Positions 7,604-17,045 of a DNA stretch of 64,000 nt are shown here, one piece after another (the stretch's first letter is position 1; the number at the start of each line of letters is the position of its first letter). Both the position numbers and the translations under genes were made by a program. The notes under the pieces are model-generated. The model was not told the DNA's origin, did no database searches, and worked only from the letters and a program-made list of their open reading frames with translations. This DNA is from a virus: positions 1 to 64,000 of the IMG/VR virus record IMGVR_UViG_3300045970_000382. One strand, given 5' to 3'.

Positions 7604-9501
7604 AATTTATACAACTTAAAATTCAAGGTTTTAAATCGTTTGGAGAAAATCAAGTATTAGACTTTCCTAGTGATCCTGGTTTGTATTTCTTAACTGGCAA
7701 AAATGAATGTGAGCCAGACCTTGAAGCCAATGGCTCTGGTAAATCTTCTACATTTGATGCGGTCTGTTTTTCTTTGTATGGCAAAACGCCAAGAAATTCA
7801 AAAGCAGGGGATATCTGTAATTGGTATGCTGATGAAAAGACTGTTGTATCTTTAAAATTTGAGATTAAGAATCAAATTTACGACTTAAAAAGGACATGGT
7901 CACCTAATTCTATTGTCTTAAATGGTAAAAATGTTAACCAAGATGAACTTTTATCTGTCATTAGACTTGGATTCGATGATTTCCTGTACTCTGTGCTGTT
8001 TTCACAGTTTAGACCTCAATTTTTTGACCTAAGTGCTGCTGAAAAAACAACTTTATTTTCGTCTATCTTGAACCTTGAAGAGTGGGACGAATACAGCAAA
8101 AGAGCAAGTAACCAAGTTTCTCATTTAGGTGGTATTGAAAATGATCTAAAACTTGAAATCTCACACATGAAGGGCATGAAGGAGTCGTTAAAATCACTAA
8201 AATTTGAAGAAAAGATCCAAAATTGGGAAGAAAAACGTCAAAATACTATATCTGGACTTGAAACTGATATTTTTGTAATTCAGACTGATCTTGAATTGTT
8301 AAAAACTAGCACTTTAGAGCTTTTATCTGAAAAAAATACTTTTATTTTAGACAAAACTGATTTTAAAGATAAACTTGATGAACATAATAAAGACATACAG
8401 TCTATTTGTGACGATCTAAAGGAAATTGTAAAGGTAGAAAAGCAAATTGATGAAGATATACTTGATATTAAAACACAATTAGGTGTTTATAAGTCACAAA
8501 TCTTGAAATTTGAGAAATTAGGTGATAATTGTCCCTCATGTTTGCAAAAAGTTGATCCAAAACACGTTGAAAAGGAACTTAAAATTATAAAAGAAGAAAT
8601 TACCACTCTTTTAGTTAAAGATAATGAATTACAATTAGAAAAACAAGAAGCTGAAGACTTAAAAGTGGATCTTATACTTGATAAAGATCTAATTAATGAA
8701 AAGAAAGATGAAATAAACTCTAAAATCTTAGTTATTCAACGTGAAAACAATAAAAAAGAGCTTTTAATTGCAAAAGTAGATGCTCAAGTTAAGATTAATA
8801 AAACAGAGGTATCAAAACTGCTGCTTACTATTAATAAGAAAAATTTAGAGATAGAAAAACTAAAAGAAGAAGAAAATCCTGTTTTAATTGAGCAACAGAC
8901 TACTAAAAATCAAATAAAGATTCTCACTAGTGAGATATTACAAAAAGCAAATGAATCTTTAACACTGGCTGGTACAATTGAACAAACAGCTTTCTGGGTC
9001 AAAGGTTTCCGAAATATTCGACTATTTCTTATCAGTGAAGTGCTTACACAATTGGAGTTAGAGTCTAATAATGTTTTGTTTAGACTGGGTTTACGAGACT
9101 GGTCAATATCTTTTGATATTGATAGGGAAAATAAATCCGGCACAATACGAAAAGGGTTCAGTGTTCTTATTACTTCTCCTTACAACGATAGTCCCGTAGC
9201 TTGGGAGTCATGGTCGGGAGGAGAAACACAACGTTTGAAACTGGCATCCACTATAGGGTTGAGTAATTTAATACTAGCCCGTTGTGGTATAGATTCCTTC
9301 GTTGAGGTATATGATGAAGCATCCAACTGGTTGAGTACGAAGGGAGTAGAACAATTGGTGGAATGTTTGGATAATAGATCACAAGAATTAGATCGCCAGA
9401 TATGGATGATAGACCATCGTTCTTTAGAAAGTAGTTCTTTTAAAGGTGTGTATTCAGTAAATAAAAATGAATCTGGGTCTTATTTTGAGCATATAATATA
9501 A
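7600..9501 (+). CDS. SbcC/Rad50/gp46-like recombination ATPase
   Basis: Walker A NGSGKSS, coiled coils, CPSC zinc hook, signature SGGE, Walker B VYDE, IDH. Confidence 0.92.
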   Translation: MKFIQLKIQGFKSFGENQVLDFPSDPGLYFLTGKNECEPDLEANGSGKSSTFDAVCFSLYGKTPRNSKAGDICNWYADEKTVVSLKFEIKNQIYDLKRTWSPNSIVLNGKNVNQDELLSVIRLGFDDFLYSVLFSQFRPQFFDLSAAEKTTLFSSILNLEEWDEYSKRASNQVSHLGGIENDLKLEISHMKGMKESLKSLKFEEKIQNWEEKRQNTISGLETDIFVIQTDLELLKTSTLELLSEKNTFILDKTDFKDKLDEHNKDIQSICDDLKEIVKVEKQIDEDILDIKTQLGVYKSQILKFEKLGDNCPSCLQKVDPKHVEKELKIIKEEITTLLVKDNELQLEKQEAEDLKVDLILDKDLINEKKDEINSKILVIQRENNKKELLIAKVDAQVKINKTEVSKLLLTINKKNLEIEKLKEEENPVLIEQQTTKNQIKILTSEILQKANESLTLAGTIEQTAFWVKGFRNIRLFLISEVLTQLELESNNVLFRLGLRDWSISFDIDRENKSGTIRKGFSVLITSPYNDSPVAWESWSGGETQRLKLASTIGLSNLILARCGIDSFVEVYDEASNWLSTKGVEQLVECLDNRSQELDRQIWMIDHRSLESSSFKGVYSVNKNESGSYFEHII

Positions 9502-9519
9502 TTAATTTGGAGTTTAAAA

Positions 9520-10029
9520 ATGAGAGGACAAAAACCTACAGTAGAGATAATTTATTCTGATAACTACGATTTTGAGAAATGGGGGCCACTAGTCCCAGCT
9601 ACTGAAGGTGCGGCTGGTTTTGACGTTCGTGCCTGTGCATGTACAGACGTTATAGTTGCACCGGGATCTACAGTTAAAATAGATTTAGGAATAAAATTGC
9701 ATATAAATGATCCACACCTGGCTGCAATGCTGATACCTAGATCTGGTCTAGGTGTTAAAGGTCTGGTATTAGGAAATACTATTGGATTAATTGATTCTGA
9801 TTATCAAGGCCCCGTGGTAGCGGCGGTTTTCAATCGTCTACAAAAAGAAGATCACATGTTTTATGACTCTTGGTATAAAAATGAAAATAATATAGTTATT
9901 CATCCTGGTGATAGAATAGCTCAATTAATATTCCTACCTGTAATCATACCTACATTATTTAAAGTGAATCATTTTGAGGAAACAAGGCGTGGTGAGGGTG
10001 GGTTTGGTCATACTGGAGTAGGAGATTAG
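9520..10029 (+). CDS. dut: dUTP diphosphatase
   Basis: AAGFD, PRSGLG, GLIDSDYQG, GDRIAQ, RGEGGFGHTG. Confidence 0.97.
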   Translation: MRGQKPTVEIIYSDNYDFEKWGPLVPATEGAAGFDVRACACTDVIVAPGSTVKIDLGIKLHINDPHLAAMLIPRSGLGVKGLVLGNTIGLIDSDYQGPVVAAVFNRLQKEDHMFYDSWYKNENNIVIHPGDRIAQLIFLPVIIPTLFKVNHFEETRRGEGGFGHTGVGD

Positions 10030-10031
10030 TT

Positions 10032-10547
10032 ATGCAAGAATATCATTGTGAGGACTTTCTTTCACAAGAAAAATTAAAAGAATTATTAGAATATAATCCA
10101 GATACAGGAGTTTTTATTAGAAAAATTAGATCAGGTAAAAATGTTAAAATTGGAGATGTTGCTGGATGTCTTACGAATCATGGATATATAAGTATACGTT
10201 TATTTAATAGACCTTTTTATGTTCATAGATTAGTTTGGTTGTATATCCATGGAATATGGCCTGAACATGATATAGACCATATAAATGGAATTAGAAAAGA
10301 TAATAGATTAATTAATTTACGAGAAGCTGCTAGATTTCAAAATATGCAAAACGTATATAGAGCAAGAAGTAATAATATTTCAGGTTATTTGGGTGTATCT
10401 TATGATAGAGTAGGTAGAAATTATTATGCACAGATTACTTTAAATGGTGTTGTAAAACATCTAGGTCATTTTAAAACAGCAGAAGAAGCAAGTGAACGTT
10501 ATCTTAGTGAAAAGGTTAAATTACATGAATACTACAACAGGATATAG
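10032..10547 (+). CDS. HNH homing endonuclease with AP2 domain
   Basis: YNPDTG, HRLVW, DHING.RKDNRLINLR, HLGHF; paralog of 3262-3771. Confidence 0.9.
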   Translation: MQEYHCEDFLSQEKLKELLEYNPDTGVFIRKIRSGKNVKIGDVAGCLTNHGYISIRLFNRPFYVHRLVWLYIHGIWPEHDIDHINGIRKDNRLINLREAARFQNMQNVYRARSNNISGYLGVSYDRVGRNYYAQITLNGVVKHLGHFKTAEEASERYLSEKVKLHEYYNRI

Positions 10548-10716
10548 ATGTGAGGACTGTAATGTGTTTCATTTGGATTTAGATAATCCAGAACAAGTTA
10601 TTTTTAGATGTAAGTATGAAAAGGAACCATTAAGTTTTGAACCCAAAACAAAAACACCTTGCAAGCGTTTCATGCCAAAAGAGTACATTCAAGCACTTAA
10701 CTTTGATACAAGGTAG
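10525..10716 (+). CDS. Small Cys-containing hypothetical protein
   Basis: Start revised to ATG 10525 (AAGG RBS); CEDC..C..C. Confidence 0.55.
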   Translation: MNTTTGYRCEDCNVFHLDLDNPEQVIFRCKYEKEPLSFEPKTKTPCKRFMPKEYIQALNFDTR

Positions 10717-10722
10717 AATTTT

Positions 10723-11373
10723 ATGTCTTACAAAATGTCAACAAGAGCACAAGTCATATTGAGAAGAACTTATAACAGACCTTTAAATGATGAAGGAACT
10801 CTATTTGAAACATGGTCTCAAACTCTAGATCGGGTTATTAATCATCAGAAATGGCTTTGGGAAAGAACTTTAGGTAAGGAATTAAATGAAAATCAGTTAG
10901 AAGAGCTTGCTGAATTACGACAGTTAATAGAAGAATGTAAGGTATTTCCAGCAGGACGTGTTTTATGGTTAGGAGGCACTGAAATAGGTCGAACTAGGGA
11001 ATCAAGTTTATTAAATTGCGCCTTTATAAATGTAGAAACTATTTGTGATTTGGTAGATGTATTATGGAATTTATTACAGGGTTGTTTTCATCCAGATACT
11101 AAGATTCAAACTAGTGAAGGTATTTTAACACTTAGAGAGTTTGAAAAAAGATTTAATACAGGTGAAGAAATTATAGTTAATTCGTTTAATGAGGAGTTAC
11201 AAGAGTTTGAATATAAGCCTGTTTTAAAAACTAATTTTTCTTTAAAACAAGAAAAGTTAGAGTTAACATTTGATGATGGTTCTGTTTTTAAGTGTACTGA
11301 AGATCATGAATTCTTAACAAAGAATAGAGGATATGTTAAAGCTGTTGATTTATTAGAAACAGATATATTGTAA
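10723..11373 (+). CDS. nrdJ: Class II ribonucleotide reductase N-terminal fragment fused to split N-intein
   Basis: RRTYNR, FETW, PAGRVLW.GG, LNCAF RNR motifs, then LLQG|CFHPDT...EDHEFLTKNRGYVKAVDL and a stop. Confidence 0.92.
   Translation: MSYKMSTRAQVILRRTYNRPLNDEGTLFETWSQTLDRVINHQKWLWERTLGKELNENQLEELAELRQLIEECKVFPAGRVLWLGGTEIGRTRESSLLNCAFINVETICDLVDVLWNLLQGCFHPDTKIQTSEGILTLREFEKRFNTGEEIIVNSFNEELQEFEYKPVLKTNFSLKQEKLELTFDDGSVFKCTEDHEFLTKNRGYVKAVDLLETDIL
11083..11373 (+). mobile_element. Split intein N-half (96 aa)
   Basis: Block A CFHPDTKIQT, block B CTEDHEFLT; the gene terminates at the usual split position. Confidence 0.9.
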
Positions 11374-11425
11374 ATTCTTTTGGTTCCTGTTACAATGTTA
11401 TGGTTCATAATTTTGGAGCAGGAAC
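11368..11425 (+). promoter_or_regulatory. Promoter embedded in RBS-sequestering hairpin of endonuclease gene
   Basis: TTGTAA-17-TACAAT with extended TG; stem GTTCCTGTTACAA (11383)/TTGGAGCAGGAAC (to 11425) covers the RBS. Confidence 0.65.
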
Positions 11426-12595
11426 ATGGGAATTAAAGGTGTTATTCAAAAATATAGAAAACAGTATTGGTTAATTAGGGGTTTTTCAGAAGAAGAATCT
11501 GCTAGTAAGGCTGATTTTTATTCTAAACTTAGAAATTCTTGGACTCTTGAATATTGGATAAGTAAAGGATTTTCTAAAGAAGAATCTTTAGAAAAATTAG
11601 AAAAAAAACGTTTAGAAGTCAGTGAAAGAAGAAAAGCTAATCCAATAGAATTTAAAAGAGAAAATTGTAAGAGTTGTATAGAGTGGTGGTTAAAAAATTA
11701 TTCTGAAGAAGAAGCAAATTTATTACATAAACAACATTTAAAGTCTATTCAGAAAGAATTACTAATACCACCATCTCAAACTAGATATTGGGTTGCTAAA
11801 GGTTTTTCAGAAGAAGAATCTAAAGTGAAAGTATTAGAATTTAATACTAGAAATAAAGAGTTTTTTATAAAAAGATATGGAAAAGAAGATGGTGAAAAAC
11901 GACATAAGGAGCGAAGTGAAAAGTTTAGTGAAAATACAGTCTTTAAAAAAGAAACTGGAAGGGTAGAAGAGATTCAAAATTTAGCAAGATTAAATAATCC
12001 ATTACAAAGAGACTATTGGGTTGCTAAAGGATTTTCTGAAAAAGAAGCAAAAGAAAAATCTAATGAAGTTAGAAGATATACTTCTCCAAAATTTAAAGAA
12101 TATTGGATTGAGAAAGGATTTTCAGAAGTAGAAGCTGAAGAAAAGAAAAATACATATAATTCTTATATGTGTAACGAAGCATTAAAGAGTATGTATACTA
12201 GGGAATTTAAAAATAATTCTAAAGGTGAGAAAGAGTTATATAAGATAGTAAAATTTTATAGTTGGACTGCTTTAAGAAATCAAAGTTTTAATATTGGAGA
12301 TAGATGGTGTTTTCCAGATATAGTTATTGATGATAAATTGGTAATAGAGTATCAGGGTGACTATTACCATGCTAATCCTGCTTTTTACGAACCTTCAAGA
12401 AAAATGTTGGGTAGTACTGCTAGTGAAATACATAAGGTTGATGAAAGAAGGAAAAAATTATTAGAATCTTTAGGATTTGCTGTAGAAATTGTTTGGGAAT
12501 ATGACTGGGTTTCTTGTAAAGATAAACATGAATTGGTTAAAAATTTATTAAGGAAATATGATGCAATTAGTGGGCAAAAGATTATTAAAAGATGA
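11426..12595 (+). CDS. Free-standing Vsr/DUF559-like homing endonuclease
   Basis: Five or more YWxxKGFSEEEA repeats; C-terminal PDIV..KLVIEYQGDYYH...D..RK..L...GF.V..VWE nuclease domain. Confidence 0.85.
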   Translation: MGIKGVIQKYRKQYWLIRGFSEEESASKADFYSKLRNSWTLEYWISKGFSKEESLEKLEKKRLEVSERRKANPIEFKRENCKSCIEWWLKNYSEEEANLLHKQHLKSIQKELLIPPSQTRYWVAKGFSEEESKVKVLEFNTRNKEFFIKRYGKEDGEKRHKERSEKFSENTVFKKETGRVEEIQNLARLNNPLQRDYWVAKGFSEKEAKEKSNEVRRYTSPKFKEYWIEKGFSEVEAEEKKNTYNSYMCNEALKSMYTREFKNNSKGEKELYKIVKFYSWTALRNQSFNIGDRWCFPDIVIDDKLVIEYQGDYYHANPAFYEPSRKMLGSTASEIHKVDERRKKLLESLGFAVEIVWEYDWVSCKDKHELVKNLLRKYDAISGQKIIKR

Positions 12596-12668
12596 AGAAA
12601 GTTATATAGACATAGCTGTTAAGGACAACCATAACTTTGTTTTAGAGAATGGAATAGTTGTACATAAT
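12558..12668 (+). mobile_element. Split intein C-half (about 37 aa)
   Basis: Block F YIDIAVKDNHNF, block G VVHN, +1 Cys. Confidence 0.9.
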
Positions 12669-15398
12669 TGTGGGGTTGGATTTTCTCCCATCATTGGCAC
12701 ATTAACAGGATTTCGTAAGAAAATATCAGAAATAGAAGTTATTCGTTCTAAATCTACTAAAAAAACAGGGATTGATAATAATGAAGAAATTTGGGATCCA
12801 TTAACTAAAGTTTGGACTATAAAGATAGGTGATAGTGCTGAAGCTTGGGCTAAAGCTTTAGGCAAGTTAGTGGCTGGAAAGTATCCAGCATCTAGATTAG
12901 TTCTAGATTTTTCAAATATAAGACCATCAGGTGAAAGACTTAAAGGGTATGGATGGCTTAGTTCAGGTGACGAACAAATTTCTGTTGGTTTTAAGAAAAT
13001 ATCAGAAATACTCAATAGTAGAGCTGGACAATTACTCACTAAGATAAATATTTTAGATGTTGTTAATTGGTTAGGAACTATTCTTTCGTCACGTAGGTCA
13101 GCACAAATCTGTTTGTTTGAATATGGTTCTCCTGAGTGGGAAGAATTTGTGGTTGCTAAAAAGAATTATTGGGAAACAGGAAATCCACAAAGAGCCCAAA
13201 GTAATAACAGTCTAGCGTTCAAATCTAAACCTTCAAAAAAGGAATTAGAAACTATTTTTGAATTAATGGCAGATGCAGGTGGATCGGAACCTGGATTTAT
13301 GAATATGGAAGCTGCTTTAAAAAGAGCCCCGTGGTTTTCAGGATTTAACCCATCTTTAAGAAAAGGTACTAGAGTTTATACAAATAAAGGTATTATTCCT
13401 ATTGAGACTTTAGAGAATGATCTTTTTGAAGTGTTTACTATAGATGGACAATATAAAGAGGCGCGTTGTAAATTATCTGGTAAAAATCAACAACTTTACA
13501 GAATAATTTTACAAGGAGGCCATGAATATTATGCTACTAAAGAGCATAATTGGCCTATAAATAGAAAAAATAAACATAATTATGATCTTAGAAAAGATTT
13601 AATTAAGGTTACAACTGAAGAACTTAAATCAGGGGATTTACTTGTAAACACTATGAGAGATTCGTTGTATCCAAATGCTGTTAAAGGTTCTTATGATGAT
13701 GGATTTTTTATTGGATGGCTTTTGAGTGATGGTTGGATAACAAAAAGATCTCAAGGTTCAACTTGTTTAGAAATTGGATTAATAGTAAATCAAGAAGATT
13801 ATGAAAGTTCTATAAGAATTAAATTAGAGGATTATTTAGAATCTTTTGGTAGTGAATGTAAATTTAAAAATCCTAATAAACAAAGTTCTTGGGAATTACA
13901 AACGTCTATAAAATCTTTAAGTGATTGGTTATTAGAGTGTGGTGTTACAAATAATGAAAGATTACCTTCAAGTTTGTTTTCATCAGAATATTCAGAGGAT
14001 TATAGAAAAGGTTTTATTGATGGAACTTTTTCTTCTGATGGTGGCTTAGATTTTGGTGGTTTAAGAGGTAGGGAAAGTAATTCAGTTAGGATTATTCTTA
14101 ATTCTAGTAAGATTGAAAGAATTAAAGATATGTCTGAATTATTAGGTTTTTATGGAATAAGAACATCTGTGAGATTTGTACAAACTACAGGCATTTTTCC
14201 TAATGGTAAAGATTATAAAAAATTGTATGATTGTTATTATTTGGGTATTTCAGCTCCTGATTCTTTAAGGCATTTTTCTAATTTATTTCCACTTACACAC
14301 GTTAGAAAACAATTTAGGATAGAGAGTGCTGATTTAAGTAAGAGAGGAAAACTTCCTGGTTTTATTAAGATAGAATCTATTGAAAAAACAGATTTATTTG
14401 AAGATGTTTGGGATATTGGAGTTTATGATGAAAGTCACACATTCCAATTAGCTCATGGATTTACTGGTAATTGTGGTGAGGTACTCTTAGCTAATAAAGG
14501 TTTTTGTAATCTTACAGAAGTAGATGTAAGTAAGTTTAAAAATAACCAAACAGCTTTATTTAGAGCGGTTTATATTGCTGCTAGAATGAATTATAGACAG
14601 ACTTGTATAAATCTTAATGATGGTATTTTACAAGAAGCTTGGAATCTTAATAATGATTTTTTAAGATTGTGTGGTGTGGGATTAACAGGAATAGCTAAAC
14701 GTCCTGATTTACAATGCTACGATTATACGGATCTTAAAAGAACTGCTACGTATGGTGCCTATGGTATGGCTGATGAATTAGATATGCCTAGACCAAAGAA
14801 CGTTACTGTTGTAAAACCTTCTGGCAGCACGTCAAAAGTCATGGATACTACTGAAGGCATACATAAACCATTAGGTAAATATATCTTTAATAACGTCCAA
14901 TTTAGTAAGCATGATCCATTGGTAAAACTGTTGCAAGATGCGGGTTACAATGTTTTTAATCATCCTATTGATGAAACAGGGGTTTTAGTTACATTTCCAG
15001 TGAAATGGGAAGGCGTTAAATTCAGTATTGTCGATGGTAAAGAAGTTAATCTTGACAGTGCTGTTATGCAGTTAGACAAGTATAAAATGTTGCAAGATCA
15101 TTGGTGTCAACAAAATACATCTTGTACCATATCTTATGACCCCACAGAAGTTCCCGATATTATAGACTGGATGCTTTACAATTGGGATTCTTATGTTGGA
15201 GTTTCGTTTTTGTATAGAAATGATCCTACTAAGAATGCAAAAGATTTAGGTTACTTGTATTTACCACAAGAAGTTGTCACTAAAGAAGAATACGAAGACT
15301 ATGTGGCTAATTTAAGTGAAATTGACATTGAAATGGGTAATTCTCTCTATGAATTACAGAACGAAGGGTGTTCTTCAGGGGCTTGTCCTATTAAGTAG
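12558..15398 (+). CDS. nrdJ: Class II RNR C-terminal part with split C-intein and internal LAGLIDADG intein
   Basis: HNFVLENGIVVHN|CGVGF, RRSAQI, RAQSNNS, EPG, FNP|intein|CGE, FCNLTE, VKPSG, C-terminal CSSGACPIK. Confidence 0.93.
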   Translation: MMQLVGKRLLKDEESYIDIAVKDNHNFVLENGIVVHNCGVGFSPIIGTLTGFRKKISEIEVIRSKSTKKTGIDNNEEIWDPLTKVWTIKIGDSAEAWAKALGKLVAGKYPASRLVLDFSNIRPSGERLKGYGWLSSGDEQISVGFKKISEILNSRAGQLLTKINILDVVNWLGTILSSRRSAQICLFEYGSPEWEEFVVAKKNYWETGNPQRAQSNNSLAFKSKPSKKELETIFELMADAGGSEPGFMNMEAALKRAPWFSGFNPSLRKGTRVYTNKGIIPIETLENDLFEVFTIDGQYKEARCKLSGKNQQLYRIILQGGHEYYATKEHNWPINRKNKHNYDLRKDLIKVTTEELKSGDLLVNTMRDSLYPNAVKGSYDDGFFIGWLLSDGWITKRSQGSTCLEIGLIVNQEDYESSIRIKLEDYLESFGSECKFKNPNKQSSWELQTSIKSLSDWLLECGVTNNERLPSSLFSSEYSEDYRKGFIDGTFSSDGGLDFGGLRGRESNSVRIILNSSKIERIKDMSELLGFYGIRTSVRFVQTTGIFPNGKDYKKLYDCYYLGISAPDSLRHFSNLFPLTHVRKQFRIESADLSKRGKLPGFIKIESIEKTDLFEDVWDIGVYDESHTFQLAHGFTGNCGEVLLANKGFCNLTEVDVSKFKNNQTALFRAVYIAARMNYRQTCINLNDGILQEAWNLNNDFLRLCGVGLTGIAKRPDLQCYDYTDLKRTATYGAYGMADELDMPRPKNVTVVKPSGSTSKVMDTTEGIHKPLGKYIFNNVQFSKHDPLVKLLQDAGYNVFNHPIDETGVLVTFPVKWEGVKFSIVDGKEVNLDSAVMQLDKYKMLQDHWCQQNTSCTISYDPTEVPDIIDWMLYNWDSYVGVSFLYRNDPTKNAKDLGYLYLPQEVVTKEEYEDYVANLSEIDIEMGNSLYELQNEGCSSGACPIK
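13353..14471 (+). mobile_element. Contiguous intein (373 aa) with LAGLIDADG endonuclease at the RNR active site
   Basis: Ser1 SLRKGTRV, ATKEHNW, FIGWLLSDG and FIDGTFSSDG, VWDIGV...FTGN|C; removal restores NPCGE. Confidence 0.92.
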
Positions 15399-15400
15399 TC

Positions 15401-15429
15401 TTGACAATCAATATTATTCTAATTATATT
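15401..15429 (+). promoter_or_regulatory. Sigma70-type promoter upstream of the packaging module
   Basis: TTGACA-17-TATATT. Confidence 0.7.
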
Positions 15430-15461
15430 AACTATAAACTCCAATATTTTAGGATTAAAAG

Positions 15462-15875
15462 ATGAGTGAATTGATACGACAACGTTCCAAAAGTAGTGAG
15501 TTAGATTTTAGTAAAAGTGCAGTTAATGCCTTTGAAAGGACTTACAGCGTGTTATTTGAGCAAGCATTGACCGAAGCTGATAGGTTACAAAGAATTAATG
15601 GTGCTATGACTGCTTTAGAACAAGAGTTATTAGATCCAGATCGTATTGCTCAAATGGACAACAGTCAGAAGTTGATGGTCTTTGATTTATTAACGCGAAC
15701 GTCCAATACATCTATAAAGAATTTAATGGGTTTTGGTCAACTCTTTATGAATATTAAAACCGTTGTCAGTATATTGGAAAATACTAAGACTTCTACTATT
15801 ATAGAACAAATACAAGATGATGTATTAGATATAGAATTTACATCTGAAGACTATGAAGGGATAGATTTTAAATGA
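15462..15875 (+). CDS. Hypothetical helical protein
   Basis: ORF with AGGA RBS. Confidence 0.7.
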   Translation: MSELIRQRSKSSELDFSKSAVNAFERTYSVLFEQALTEADRLQRINGAMTALEQELLDPDRIAQMDNSQKLMVFDLLTRTSNTSIKNLMGFGQLFMNIKTVVSILENTKTSTIIEQIQDDVLDIEFTSEDYEGIDFK

Positions 15876-16075
15876 ACACTAAAGTAAATCTTAAAAATAT
15901 AGAAACAGTAGATGTCTCAGTTCTTAAAGATTTTGTCAAATCATCTTCTACTTCTAAACTTATTAATTTATATTCTGGATTGAATAAAGTTTCATCTCAG
16001 AGTACACAATTATGTCAAAAAAGAATTCAACAAGTTCTTTATCGTGTGAAGCCTTCCAATAGATTTTTAAAGTGA
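15872..16075 (+). CDS. Hypothetical protein
   Basis: ATGA overlap. Confidence 0.55.
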   Translation: MNTKVNLKNIETVDVSVLKDFVKSSSTSKLINLYSGLNKVSSQSTQLCQKRIQQVLYRVKPSNRFLK

Positions 16076-16082
16076 GATATTT

Positions 16083-16550
16083 ATGGCTGAAAATTTACCT
16101 TTAATAGAGAAATGCTTAGAATACTACTATAGATTAGGTCCAAATAGATCTCTTTTAACTTTAGAAGAAAAATCAAAAGTTCCTTTTGCAACGTTAAAAG
16201 ACTGGTGTGAAGGGTTTGGTTGGGATGAAAAGATTATTGAAAGGGATAAAGATCTTAATAGGCAATTGGAAGAATCTTATAGAAGCAAGACTATTCAAAT
16301 ACGAAATAGACTGGTTGCCCAAATGGATGGTTTGATGAATGATATGGAGTCCTGTTCACTAGGACTTCCATTTGCGGTGACTTGTGTCGCAGATCTTAAG
16401 CAACTTTCTCAAGCCTACGAATCGTTAGTCCGGGCAAATATACTGGCTCAGACTAAGGCACAAGATTTATTAGGTTCAGACAAGTCACCTAAGACTTGGT
16501 CTGATTTGTTAGCACATGTTGAGGGCGATCGCCCAGAGGAGTTAGAATGA
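16083..16550 (+). CDS. Putative terminase small subunit
   Basis: N-terminal HTH-like YY.LGPNRSL...TLKDW..FGW then coiled coil; upstream of TerL. Confidence 0.6.
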   Translation: MAENLPLIEKCLEYYYRLGPNRSLLTLEEKSKVPFATLKDWCEGFGWDEKIIERDKDLNRQLEESYRSKTIQIRNRLVAQMDGLMNDMESCSLGLPFAVTCVADLKQLSQAYESLVRANILAQTKAQDLLGSDKSPKTWSDLLAHVEGDRPEELE

Positions 16551-16719
16551 AAAATCAAGAAGAAAATAAAGAAAAATTCTTTGAGGATTTAATTGAGTTA
16601 GCAGAGACTACGGGTGGAATGGAGATTTTGAGGAGATTGTACAATTCCTCGAATTTGTACATGAAGATTTGAACATACAACGACCATTCGCAAACTATTA
16701 TTTGGAACCTTATGAATAA
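16547..16719 (+). pseudogene. Small gene apparently broken by a 1-nt frameshift
   Basis: MKNQEENKEKFFEDLIELA continues in another frame as RDYGWNGDFEEIVQFLEFVH...PYE*. Confidence 0.4.
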
Positions 16720-16764
16720 GATCATTTTTGAAAAACAAGATTCAGATGTTGAAGAAAATTAAGT

Positions 16765-17004
16765 ATGGCAGAAAGTTATATTGGGAAACCTTTAGAATTA
16801 TCTCCTGATAAAATAAGAGAGGTTGGAGCTGATAAGGTTGAAATTATTATAGTTCATAAATTTAGTGATGGATCTGAAGCTGAATTTAGAGGTTTATATA
16901 AAGAAGGAAGGCAGCAATATTATTCTACTGAAATAACAAATGCAAAATCTAGTGTTCATCGTAGTGATTCTAGAGTTGATGATTTGTTGAAAGATTTATA
17001 TTAG
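16765..17004 (+). CDS. Hypothetical protein
   Basis: ORF between small genes and TerL. Confidence 0.6.
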   Translation: MAESYIGKPLELSPDKIREVGADKVEIIIVHKFSDGSEAEFRGLYKEGRQQYYSTEITNAKSSVHRSDSRVDDLLKDLY

Positions 17005-17045
17005 GTTAAATTTTATGAATAAGGTAATTATAGAAGTAAGAAGAA

